A stretch of DNA of 64,000 nucleotides, from assembly GCA_020631955.1 (NCBI GenBank), contig JACKGL010000002.1:141860-205859 (forward strand), written 5' to 3'. Under the pieces are notes generated by a model. It was not told where the DNA came from. It worked only from the letters and a program-made list of their open reading frames with translations, and made no database searches. Each line of letters begins with the position of its first letter. Within the stretch, counting starts at the first letter, position 1. Below, one piece after another: positions 1-8,143 of this stretch. The DNA is from Candidatus Nomurabacteria bacterium. GTDB taxonomy: Bacteria > Patescibacteriota > Minisyncoccia > Phycocordibacterales > UBA9973. A program made the position numbers and the translations under genes.

Positions 1-332
1 ACCTGTTGCGGGGATACTTCTATCACAGAAAGACCCAATTCTTTAGCTATATAAAGTACAGCCCCTCTTACTTGATAGACACCAGATATAGTCTTTTGGT
101 TTTTGTTTACAAAAAGACTTTCCATCGATAGATACTGTGGTTTGTGTTTTACTATTATTTTTTTCAGTTCCTGACATATAAAAAAGAGCCTATCCTCAAA
201 ACCCATACCTTTGTCTGTTTCTATACAGTCAGAATAAACAACACTAAATACATTATCTTTTTTTTCCAATATTGCCACACCTAACCTACCATACCCTGGA
301 TCTATACCTATAATTTTTTCTTTAGTTTGCAT
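1..332 (-). CDS. ruvC: Crossover junction endodeoxyribonuclease RuvC (5' part; 3' end beyond window edge)
   Basis: Not in the ORF track because it runs off the edge. Manual translation from ATG (332..330) gives MQTKEKIIGIDPGYGRLGVAILEKKDNVFSVVYSDCIETDKG..., with the GIDPG motif. The frame is open to position 1. Confidence 0.8.
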   Translation of the reverse strand, partial: MQTKEKIIGIDPGYGRLGVAILEKKDNVFSVVYSDCIETDKGMGFEDRLFFICQELKKIIVKHKPQYLSMESLFVNKNQKTISGVYQVRGAVLYIAKELGLSVIEVSPQQ

Positions 333-852
333 TGGTTATAACCTCTTGAACATCATCATGCTCTTCTAGGGCTTCTATTAAGTTACCTAGTTTTTCTCCT
401 GTTTCATCATCTATATCCATAGTTGTGTTTGGTATTAAGTCACCATCTTCATTTTTAGAAAAATTCCACATTACAGATCCTTGAGCACCCAAAGATCCTC
501 CGTTTTTAGACAAGATGTGCTTTATCTCTGCGTTGGTTCTGTTGTTGTTGTCGGTAAGAGCTTTTACCACTATACCTACCCCAGCTGGACCATAACACTC
601 AAAGATTACATCTATCATAGTAGAACTAGACTCACTAGCTTTTTTTATAGCCCTATCTATGTTGTCACTAGGCATGTTTTCCTTGCGAGCTTTTTCTATA
701 GCCACACGAAGCCCTGGTGAAGATGTATCTCCTCCACATTTTTTTGCTTCATTTTGTATTAGCTTTACTAGCTTACTAAATATTTTTGATTTTTGTGCGT
801 CAGTAACAGCTTTTTTGTTTTTTATTTTTGACCACTTATTGTGTCCAGACAT
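322..852 (-). CDS. yebC: YebC/PmpR family DNA-binding regulator (short form, 176 aa)
   Basis: The N-terminus MSGHNKWSKIKNKKAVTDAQKSKIFSKL and C-terminus HDDVQEVITNAN are typical of the family. It overlaps the ruvC start by 11 nt. Confidence 0.8.
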   Translation of the reverse strand: MSGHNKWSKIKNKKAVTDAQKSKIFSKLVKLIQNEAKKCGGDTSSPGLRVAIEKARKENMPSDNIDRAIKKASESSSTMIDVIFECYGPAGVGIVVKALTDNNNRTNAEIKHILSKNGGSLGAQGSVMWNFSKNEDGDLIPNTTMDIDDETGEKLGNLIEALEEHDDVQEVITNAN

Positions 853-867
853 GTTTTATTTTCTTAA

Positions 868-1860
868 CTATTTTTCAATAAAATCAAAACCCAAATGTTC
901 AAACCCCTTTTTTGTCACAGTTCTTCCTCTAGGTGTTCTTTCTATCATACCTTCTTGTATTAGGTACGGTTCTATTACATCTTCTACAGTGCTTGGGTCT
1001 TCTCCTATAGCAGCCGATATCGTTCCTAAACCAACAGGCCCACCTTTGAACTTGTCTATTATTACATTTAGATATTTTCTATCTATCTCCATTAGACCTA
1101 TGTCGTCCACCATCAGTATAGACAAAGCGTCACGGACCGTCTGCTTGTCTAGTTTTTTACTATGTACCAGAGCATAATCTCTACATCTTTTTAAAAGGTA
1201 GTTAGCTGTACGAGGTGTAAAACGAGATCTCTTTGCTATTTCTGTGGTGGCTTCATCGTGTATATCAGAACCAAGTATTTCTGCAGATCTTTTTATTATT
1301 TGAGCCAACTCTGGTTCATTGTAATATTCTAGTCTAAATACTCCACCTGAAAACCTAGATCTTAATGGGGAAGATAACATAGCTATCTTTGTAGTTGCCC
1401 CCACCAAAGTAAAAGGAGGTAAGTCTAGCTGTATTGTACGAGCAGAAGGCCCTTTTCCTATAATAATATCTAGCACACCTCTCTCAAGCGCAGGATAAAG
1501 AACTTCTTCCACTTGCTTTGACAGCCTGTGTATTTCATCTATAAACAGTATATCGTTAGGAGAGAGGTTGGTTAAGATAGAAGCAAGATCCCCAACCCTT
1601 TCTATAGCAGGTCCAGAGGTTATACGTATTTGCCTACCAGTTTCTAGGGCTATAAGATTGGCCAAGGTTGTTTTCCCTAATCCTGGAGGACCATAAAAAA
1701 GTATATGTTCTGCTGCGTGGCCCCTTTGTTTGGCGGCCTGGAGCAGTATTTTTAGGTTGTCTTTTATAGGTTTTTGGCCAATATACTCCTCCCAGGTAAG
1801 AGGTCTCAAGCTCTGGTCTAAATATGAATCTTCTGTTTTTTTATTATCTGGACTTGACAT
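868..1860 (-). CDS. ruvB: Holliday junction branch migration helicase RuvB
   Basis: 330 aa with Walker A GPPGLGKTT, and LFIDEIHRL and RTPRGR motifs. Confidence 0.95.
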   Translation of the reverse strand: MSSPDNKKTEDSYLDQSLRPLTWEEYIGQKPIKDNLKILLQAAKQRGHAAEHILFYGPPGLGKTTLANLIALETGRQIRITSGPAIERVGDLASILTNLSPNDILFIDEIHRLSKQVEEVLYPALERGVLDIIIGKGPSARTIQLDLPPFTLVGATTKIAMLSSPLRSRFSGGVFRLEYYNEPELAQIIKRSAEILGSDIHDEATTEIAKRSRFTPRTANYLLKRCRDYALVHSKKLDKQTVRDALSILMVDDIGLMEIDRKYLNVIIDKFKGGPVGLGTISAAIGEDPSTVEDVIEPYLIQEGMIERTPRGRTVTKKGFEHLGFDFIEK

Positions 1861-1889
1861 TTTTATATGATTATGCTACACTATACCCA

Positions 1890-2172
1890 GTTGACATTTA
1901 TCAACAGTTTATGCACATATTATACCAAATTTTAGGTTGCGTGTGCACTTCATTGCTGTAATAATATTGAAGCTCTAGAAAGAGGTATCTAATTTCTAAG
2001 CAATCAGACCCCTGAGTCTCTACAATAATAAAAAGGACGTAATGGTTCCCACTTTTGTGGATTTACTGCGACTATCCTTTGAGTTATTGTTACTCCAAGT
2101 CTTGAGGATTTGGAGGATTGTTTAGAAGTTAGAAATCTTTTTCTCCTCCCACGCCAAAAGCGTGGGTTTTTT
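1890..2172 (+). ncRNA. Candidate small RNA of unknown class (promoter-like TTGACA near 1891, ends at intrinsic terminator)
   Basis: This is a 314-nt gap between two minus-strand genes, yet it holds a plus-strand terminator (2148..2172) preceded by a GGAGGA...TCCTCC hairpin (2112..2149). There is no credible ORF. I saw no match to tmRNA, RNase P or SRP core motifs. Confidence 0.25.
2148..2172 (+). terminator. Rho-independent terminator (plus-strand orientation)
   Basis: Stem CCCACGC / GCGTGGG, loop CAAAA, followed by TTTTTT. Confidence 0.6.
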
Positions 2173-2174
2173 AT

Positions 2175-3878
2175 TTATTCATCTAAGTCTACTTTTTCAG
2201 AAACTTCTTCTAAAGTAGTGATACCTTTTACTACTTTTATTATTCCATCTTCTTTCATACGTAGTATTCCTTGGGTGTTTGAAGCAGATAATATCTCTCT
2301 TTCTGAAGGGTTGGTAGGTATGATGTCTTCTATTTCTTTTGTATTTACTTTTATAGCTTCAAATATACCTATTCTTCCTTTGTATCCACTACCATTACAT
2401 TTTTTACAACCAGAACCTTTTTTCACCCCATAAGTATCTTTTATTTCTATATCATATGTATTTATATCTACACCCCTATCTTTTATTTCTTGCAATACTT
2501 TGTTTATTGTCCTTGTTTCTTCTTCTGTAGTATTAGAGCTTACACTGCAGTCAGCACAGACTTTTCTTACAAGTCTTTGTGCTAAAGCAAGAGTAAGGGC
2601 AGAAGGGATGGTTTTAGGATTTACTTCTAGATCTATAAGACGAGGGATAGCACCAGCGGCATTGTTGGTGTGCAGTGTAGAGAAAACAAGGTGTCCGGTT
2701 AAAGCTGCTTCTGTAGCAGTGTTGGCTGTTTCACTGTCTCTTATTTCTCCGACCATTATTACGTCTGGGTCTTGTCTTAAAGCAGAACGCAAACCTTCTA
2801 AGAAAGTATAACCTTGCTTAGAGTTGGTTTGAGTTTGGGTGATACCTTGTAGGTGGTATTCTATAGGGTCTTCTATCGTGATGATTTTTATCTCCGGGTC
2901 ATATATCTTAGACAAGAATGCATACAAGGTGGTTGTCTTTCCGCTACCTGTTGGCCCGGTGATGATGATCATACCGTTTGGTTTCTTTATTTCCTTTATT
3001 ATTATTTCGTATAGGTTTTTAGGAATACCTAAGTCCTCCAAAGATACTCTTATAGACTTTGGATCCAAAATACGCATAACAATAGTATCTCCATAAGCTC
3101 CTGGGATAATAGATGTTCTTATAGATATCTCTGTTCCTGTGTCGTCTAAAAATATACTAAACCTTCCATCTTGAGCCACCTGTCTTAACATGAGCTTAAG
3201 TCCTGAAAGAAGTTTTATTCTTGTATCTATGGAGTGGAATATGTTTGTAGGGAATCTATATATTTCCTCTAGGTTTCCATCTATTCTATATCTCATACGC
3301 ACATCTTCCTCGGCTGGTTCTATGTGAATATCGCTGGCCTCAAGCTCTATAGCGCCGGCTAATATTATTTCTAATATTTTTGATGTCTTGTGCTGCTTCT
3401 CATTTTTGAGCTCTTCTATCAAAGTTTTTACATCTTCTATACTTTCTATTTTTTCTCGAAGGTCTTTTATGGTTTCTGGGAGGATATCTATACCTCCAGA
3501 CTTTTGAACCTCAGCACGAGATATGTCTTCAAATCTTTCCCAAGCTTTTTCTAAAGAAGCTTTAGACGCCATATAAAGTATAGGAGTGAAGCCTTGGTTT
3601 TGAAGATTGTCTACAAAAGCTTTCACCTCACTTGTCTCAGGGCTTCTTACTGCTATATGGATCTTTGTACCTAGTATATTGAAAGGAGCAATACTGTTTT
3701 TCCTGGCTTCATCTTCTGTTATATGTCTTAGAGCGCTTGTTTCTATAGTAGTAGAAGACAGGTCTATATAAGGTAAGTTGTATTTTGACTGTGCTAAAAA
3801 CTGCACAAGCTCTTCTTCCTCGCGAGCTTTTAGATCGTCTACTTTTCTTTTTTGTTTTTCGTCATCGAAAACAACCAT
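2175..3878 (-). CDS. pilB: Type IV pilus assembly ATPase PilB (GspE family)
   Basis: 567 aa with Walker A GPTGSGKTTTL, VGEIRD, and the C-terminal tetracysteine CADC...CKKCNGSGYKGR. Confidence 0.85.
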   Translation of the reverse strand: MVVFDDEKQKRKVDDLKAREEEELVQFLAQSKYNLPYIDLSSTTIETSALRHITEDEARKNSIAPFNILGTKIHIAVRSPETSEVKAFVDNLQNQGFTPILYMASKASLEKAWERFEDISRAEVQKSGGIDILPETIKDLREKIESIEDVKTLIEELKNEKQHKTSKILEIILAGAIELEASDIHIEPAEEDVRMRYRIDGNLEEIYRFPTNIFHSIDTRIKLLSGLKLMLRQVAQDGRFSIFLDDTGTEISIRTSIIPGAYGDTIVMRILDPKSIRVSLEDLGIPKNLYEIIIKEIKKPNGMIIITGPTGSGKTTTLYAFLSKIYDPEIKIITIEDPIEYHLQGITQTQTNSKQGYTFLEGLRSALRQDPDVIMVGEIRDSETANTATEAALTGHLVFSTLHTNNAAGAIPRLIDLEVNPKTIPSALTLALAQRLVRKVCADCSVSSNTTEEETRTINKVLQEIKDRGVDINTYDIEIKDTYGVKKGSGCKKCNGSGYKGRIGIFEAIKVNTKEIEDIIPTNPSEREILSASNTQGILRMKEDGIIKVVKGITTLEEVSEKVDLDE

Positions 3879-3882
3879 AGTA

Positions 3883-4077
3883 TTATTCTAACACTCTATT
3901 TGGTGTATTGCTAAAGCTGTCTATAAAGTTGTTTTCATAGTTGTGATTTATATATCTAAGAAAAAGTATTCCTAGCACTATCACAAGTATTGTCAGGAAT
4001 AGACGTACATATTCGGCATAAATAAAATTCCTCAAGGCTTTTTTATCTTTTCTTTTTGGTGTATTTATGTTTTTCAT
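3883..4077 (-). CDS. Small membrane protein, unknown function
   Basis: 64 aa with one hydrophobic helix. It is translationally coupled (4-nt overlap) to the upstream sortase gene. Confidence 0.3.
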   Translation of the reverse strand: MKNINTPKRKDKKALRNFIYAEYVRLFLTILVIVLGILFLRYINHNYENNFIDSFSNTPNRVLE

Positions 4078-4685
4078 ATGTTTATTTTCTTTGAAAGTTT
4101 AAGATGCACTACGTGTCTATGGGTAGAAGTATATAAAGGTGTACAAGTATATAAAGTGAGTTCATTTTCTATAGTAGGGGATTCTATCTCTACTTGGGTC
4201 GGCAAGACCACTTCTGTGTCGTATGTTTCATATACATAAAGTACTCCTTCCCAATACACAAAAGCTCTATCTCCCAATTCCATTTTTGGTAAGTGATAAA
4301 AAGTGCTAGACCGCTGCCCGCCTATAGATCTGTATCTGTGTGCTACTAGTACAGTGTTGCTACCTTTGTCCGGTGTACTAGTAAAAGGTCTTCTCCAGAC
4401 ATTGTCTCCGACACCTTTTATACTAGTACCTTCTACTATTTTTTGGCTGACTCCTATACTTGGTATGATAAGTTGGTTTTCTTGTGATTTTTCTATTGCG
4501 TTTAATACAAACTCAGGTATCTCTCCGCTACTATTTTTGTTTTCTAGTGCCAATATTACATTTGGGAAGAAGGGAAAGAAGATAAGATATAAAGACCAAA
4601 CCACAGCTAAAAATGTAGCTATTTTATTTATCTTTATAAGACTCTTAGCTCTCTTTTGTAGTTTGGCTACTTCATAATCTGACAT
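4074..4685 (-). CDS. Sortase family transpeptidase
   Basis: N-terminal TM helix, then VLVAHR (catalytic His), LTLYTCTP (TLxTC Cys motif) and a downstream RHVV Arg. Confidence 0.7.
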   Translation of the reverse strand: MSDYEVAKLQKRAKSLIKINKIATFLAVVWSLYLIFFPFFPNVILALENKNSSGEIPEFVLNAIEKSQENQLIIPSIGVSQKIVEGTSIKGVGDNVWRRPFTSTPDKGSNTVLVAHRYRSIGGQRSSTFYHLPKMELGDRAFVYWEGVLYVYETYDTEVVLPTQVEIESPTIENELTLYTCTPLYTSTHRHVVHLKLSKKINI

Positions 4686-4726
4686 AGATATATTTTATCA
4701 GAAATAAAGGATATTTTGTGCAAAAT

Positions 4727-4754
4727 AAAACACACCACATATGTGGTGTGTTTT
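4727..4754. terminator. Bidirectional hairpin terminator
   Basis: Perfect 20-nt palindrome CACACCACATATGTGGTGTG flanked by AAAA and TTTT. Confidence 0.6.
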
Positions 4755-4764
4755 ATTAAACTTT

Positions 4765-5997
4765 TTAGAAGTTTATAGTTTTTAGACTTAATTTCTTTCT
4801 TCTTGATTGAATGTAAAATACTGCTGCTATAGATATGATTCCTAGAGCTATCACTATAGTACTTTCTCCACTTGTTTGAGCTAGTGTAGCATCTGGGCCG
4901 ATAAATGATCCTAGAACAACCCCACCTTCATTATTACTATCATTGTTGTCATCGTCATCATCATTGTTGTTGTGGCTTCCACCACCTCCGTTGTTGTCTA
5001 GGTTTTCGTCTCCTAGATCTACCGGGCCTCCAATATCAACATTATCTATTACCTCATCACATTGTTTTGGTTGAGATCCATATCTTACAAAGAAAGTGTC
5101 GTCGTTGTGTCCTATAGTAAGCCAGTATTTTACAATACCACCACTTAGGTTCACTTCATCATTACCAGCTTCTAGTAGAGATATACCATCTGTCATCTTT
5201 TCTACTTTATTGTCACCAGATTCGTCGTTGGTGACAGCTTCTGCTGTAGTACCAAAGTATTCTATACTACCATCTACGTGTTCAAACCCTTCTCCTGGAA
5301 GTAGTCCGTATGAAGGAAGCATAATTCTAGATTGACCAGAAGACATTCTTTCTACCACCAGACCTTTCCACGGTTTGTATACGCTTTCTGTATATGGATC
5401 ATCTACCCAGTTTGCCCCATCATATATAAGGAACCATGTTCCAGAAGGGATAGGTAGAGGGTTGTTTGCTAAGAACACATCAGCTGTTACATTACCTGGC
5501 GCTATGTTAAGTGCGCTATCTATGTTTACTCTAGCAAAAGCTAGATCTGTACAAGAGTTGGCGTTTTGACATTGGTTCGTACAGTTTGAAGTACTATCAC
5601 ACATTTCCCAAGGTTGGTTTATGATACCGTCTCCGCAATAAGGAGCGTATGAGTGTGATGTACCAGCGTCTGTCCATCCATAGTCTGGAGTATCTATATC
5701 TTCCTCATCTAGTGGAGGATGCCAATCATCTTCTACACCATCTCCAGTGATAGTAGTATCTGTATCTATAGGAGGGAAGTAATCATCTTCTACACCTCCA
5801 CTTATATCCATAACATCTACTTCATCTGTAACAGTGAAATCTACGTCATGTATAACACCTACTTCATCACCTCCTCCAAATGTAAATCCACCAGAAAAAA
5901 GCTTCATTTTAGCCTCAGCAGAGAACACAGGTACAACAACCAAAACAGCAAAAAAGGCAATAAAAGCAATATTCTTTTGTATTTTTAATATTTTCAT
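4765..5997 (-). CDS. Secreted surface protein with C-terminal sortase-type sorting signal
   Basis: Signal peptide MKILKIQKNIAFIAFFAVLVVVPVFSAEA, an Asp/Asn-rich spacer, then LAQTSG plus a hydrophobic helix and RRKK at the C-terminus. Confidence 0.6.
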   Translation of the reverse strand: MKILKIQKNIAFIAFFAVLVVVPVFSAEAKMKLFSGGFTFGGGDEVGVIHDVDFTVTDEVDVMDISGGVEDDYFPPIDTDTTITGDGVEDDWHPPLDEEDIDTPDYGWTDAGTSHSYAPYCGDGIINQPWEMCDSTSNCTNQCQNANSCTDLAFARVNIDSALNIAPGNVTADVFLANNPLPIPSGTWFLIYDGANWVDDPYTESVYKPWKGLVVERMSSGQSRIMLPSYGLLPGEGFEHVDGSIEYFGTTAEAVTNDESGDNKVEKMTDGISLLEAGNDEVNLSGGIVKYWLTIGHNDDTFFVRYGSQPKQCDEVIDNVDIGGPVDLGDENLDNNGGGGSHNNNDDDDDNNDSNNEGGVVLGSFIGPDATLAQTSGESTIVIALGIISIAAVFYIQSRRKKLSLKTINF

Positions 5998-6084
5998 ACT
6001 TCTATTATATCACCTACTAGACAAAATGTCAATACTATTGCATAAACCAAAAAAGAGGTCTCGTGTAGACCTAAATAGACGTGA

Positions 6085-6113
6085 TTGACAAAAAGCTAAA
6101 AATATGATATAGA
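6085..6113 (+). promoter_or_regulatory. Sigma70-type promoter (TTGACA-17-TATAGA with TGA extended -10)
   Basis: TTGACA at 6085..6090, 17-nt spacer, TATAGA at 6108..6113, preceded by TGA. Confidence 0.5.
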
Positions 6114-6200
6114 ATAAGCAAACCTCTGCCCGAACCGCAGAGCCGGCATATTGCCAAATTCATTCTCAAATTCAAAAAAGGCCTTGGAGGGCCTAGCGAT

Positions 6201-7868
6201 ATGAAAAATATCTTTATATTAATCCTTGCGGTTCTCGGGATGAGTACCGCAATCGCAAATGTTGCCAACAACGGCATGAAAAATCGCGCCAACTCTGGTG
6301 CGGATTATTACATGCCTATGGATCAGATCGTAAGCGATATTAGTGCTATGGATCAAACAAGAATCAACTGGTCCATTAAAGGCACCCTTCAACTCATTGC
6401 TGATGACATGACCCGTGAAACTGGGCAGAATTACTCTGCTCAGGATGTTTACGACATGATCGTAAATGGCGAGTATGAAATCATGACCATCCGCCAGTTC
6501 GAGCAGAGGTACGGCGTAAAAGTAAAGAACTTCTCCTATCACAAGGAGACACGGGAGTTTGTGGAGGATACAGATCCTTCACACCAAGATCCTGAGCAAA
6601 GGATCTTGGTATTCAAGCCAGTCGGTACATTACTCGTTTATGCAGCCTTCAAAGAAGGTTGTGCAAATCTCCAGAAGGGGATAGGCTGGAGAAAGGATGA
6701 AGATGAAGAGGTTACGACCTCTGAGTCCGAGTATGCAGTAAACGAAGGGAATGCAACCGCAACCGCTTCTGCCAACGCATCTGCAGACGTCAACGTGAAC
6801 GTAAACGTTCACGAAGACGAGGAGTACTCCGTTTATGACGGAGGAAATTCCGGTGGTGGATACTATGACCAAAGTTGCGGTTGTTATCAACCACAACCTC
6901 AAATGCAGTTCTCTGCGTTTGTGGGTTTCAACACTGGATATGGTTATTTTCCACCTTCACCACAGATTATTTATGTAAATGATGGAAGTGACGGGGATGT
7001 TTATGTTAATAACGACAACGACATAGATATTACCATTAGTGGTGATGACGATGAAGATCCTCCTGTTGTAGACGATGGAGGCCCACACGATGGTGGCGAC
7101 CCTGGTACAGGAGGACCTCACGAAGGGGGTGATCCACCTATCGAGGGATATGCGGATGGCGGTGATGGACGTTTGGCAGCTGAAAACTCATGGGAAAAGG
7201 AGGTGAATAACCTCCAGGCCCAGGAGAAGACAGCTGGTAAGAAGAACACTCAAACTGTTCAGAATGTTCCGGAAACGGACAACCTGAGTGGCAAGAATAA
7301 AACTTCTTATTCAAAACCATCAACACAGACAACCAATACCACTTCACACAACAACCAAGGTGCCCAAAGCATCAAAGTTGTGAAGAAGTGGACACCATCT
7401 AACCAAACAGCCAGTGCTGGAAAAAACCAAACCGTTGCTCAAAACAACGGGCAGGTTAAAGCCAATGCTGGGCAGGTTAAAACCAACACCAACACTGTGA
7501 CTGAAAACTCCACTAGAAATAATACTGGTTATGCTAACCAGGACTACTGGTGGAACAAAGGTCAGTACGCTTCCAATGCGTCCAGCGATGGCCGTAACGG
7601 AGGCAACAACTCTGGTTACAGCAACAGCAATGGTAATAGCCGAAACGGTGGCAACACCAACAACGGCTATGGCCAAAGCCAAAGCGGTAGGAATTATTCC
7701 TACTCCGGTCAAAACACCGGAGACCGCAACCAGTATACTACTGGTAACAACCGTCCCACCTACAACGGTGGAAAACCATACTCCGGTTCGGGGAGTATGG
7801 GAAGACCTGTGGGGGCTGTAAAAGGCCCTATGGGGAATACCTCGCGGACAAATTTCCGCGGACGGTAA
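6201..7868 (+). CDS. Secreted protein: about 170-aa N-terminal domain plus long N/Q/G/S/T-rich low-complexity tail (G+C-rich foreign gene)
   Basis: Signal peptide MKNIFILILAVLGMSTAIA. A hand-counted sample at 7381..7440 is 47% G+C, against about 30% in neighbouring genes. Confidence 0.6.
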   Translation: MKNIFILILAVLGMSTAIANVANNGMKNRANSGADYYMPMDQIVSDISAMDQTRINWSIKGTLQLIADDMTRETGQNYSAQDVYDMIVNGEYEIMTIRQFEQRYGVKVKNFSYHKETREFVEDTDPSHQDPEQRILVFKPVGTLLVYAAFKEGCANLQKGIGWRKDEDEEVTTSESEYAVNEGNATATASANASADVNVNVNVHEDEEYSVYDGGNSGGGYYDQSCGCYQPQPQMQFSAFVGFNTGYGYFPPSPQIIYVNDGSDGDVYVNNDNDIDITISGDDDEDPPVVDDGGPHDGGDPGTGGPHEGGDPPIEGYADGGDGRLAAENSWEKEVNNLQAQEKTAGKKNTQTVQNVPETDNLSGKNKTSYSKPSTQTTNTTSHNNQGAQSIKVVKKWTPSNQTASAGKNQTVAQNNGQVKANAGQVKTNTNTVTENSTRNNTGYANQDYWWNKGQYASNASSDGRNGGNNSGYSNSNGNSRNGGNTNNGYGQSQSGRNYSYSGQNTGDRNQYTTGNNRPTYNGGKPYSGSGSMGRPVGAVKGPMGNTSRTNFRGR

Positions 7869-8056
7869 AAAGTTTTAGGAGGAGTACAGCTGAACAGCAG
7901 AACTCCTCCATATTTTTCTCCTCTTAAGTTGTAAGATTTGAGGTGAGAAAAGTGTCATCATAAAAGACACTTCTCCTATAAAGGAGAGCAACACTATTTT
8001 TTGTAACTACGTATTTTTATCAAAACTATACAAATAGGTATAGGTCTATTTGTGTG

Positions 8057-8085
8057 TTGACAAAATAGGTAAATTATGATATAGA
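8057..8085 (+). promoter_or_regulatory. Sigma70-type promoter (TTGACA-17-TATAGA with TGA extended -10)
   Basis: TTGACA at 8057..8062, 17-nt spacer, TATAGA at 8080..8085. The architecture matches the promoter at 6085. Confidence 0.5.
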
Positions 8086-8143
8086 TAGTGTGTTATTAGA
8101 AGAAGGACTTTTATTATAAAAAAGTCAAAATCAAACGAAAATT

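Noticed and set aside
481-1177. Antisense or overlapping track ORFs within well-supported genes. Examples: 481..720, 659..1177, 2500..2811, 7344..7712, 29498..30091, 40304..41571 set, 59212..59921 and 60177..61411 set.
   Set aside because: Each lies opposite or out of frame to a gene with clear family motifs. Their compositions are low-complexity or Ser/Phe/Leu-rich, as expected from antisense translation of AT-rich coding DNA.
2110-2433. 107-aa plus-strand ORF.
   Set aside because: It is antisense to the well-supported pilB 3' end, and it begins inside a hairpin and terminator region.
6085-8085. Similar promoters at 6085 and 8057 as a target-site or segmental duplication flanking the G+C-rich gene.
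   Set aside because: The similarity is limited to functional promoter elements plus a few spacer bases. The same architecture also appears at 10943. Convergence on a strong-promoter consensus is the simpler explanation.
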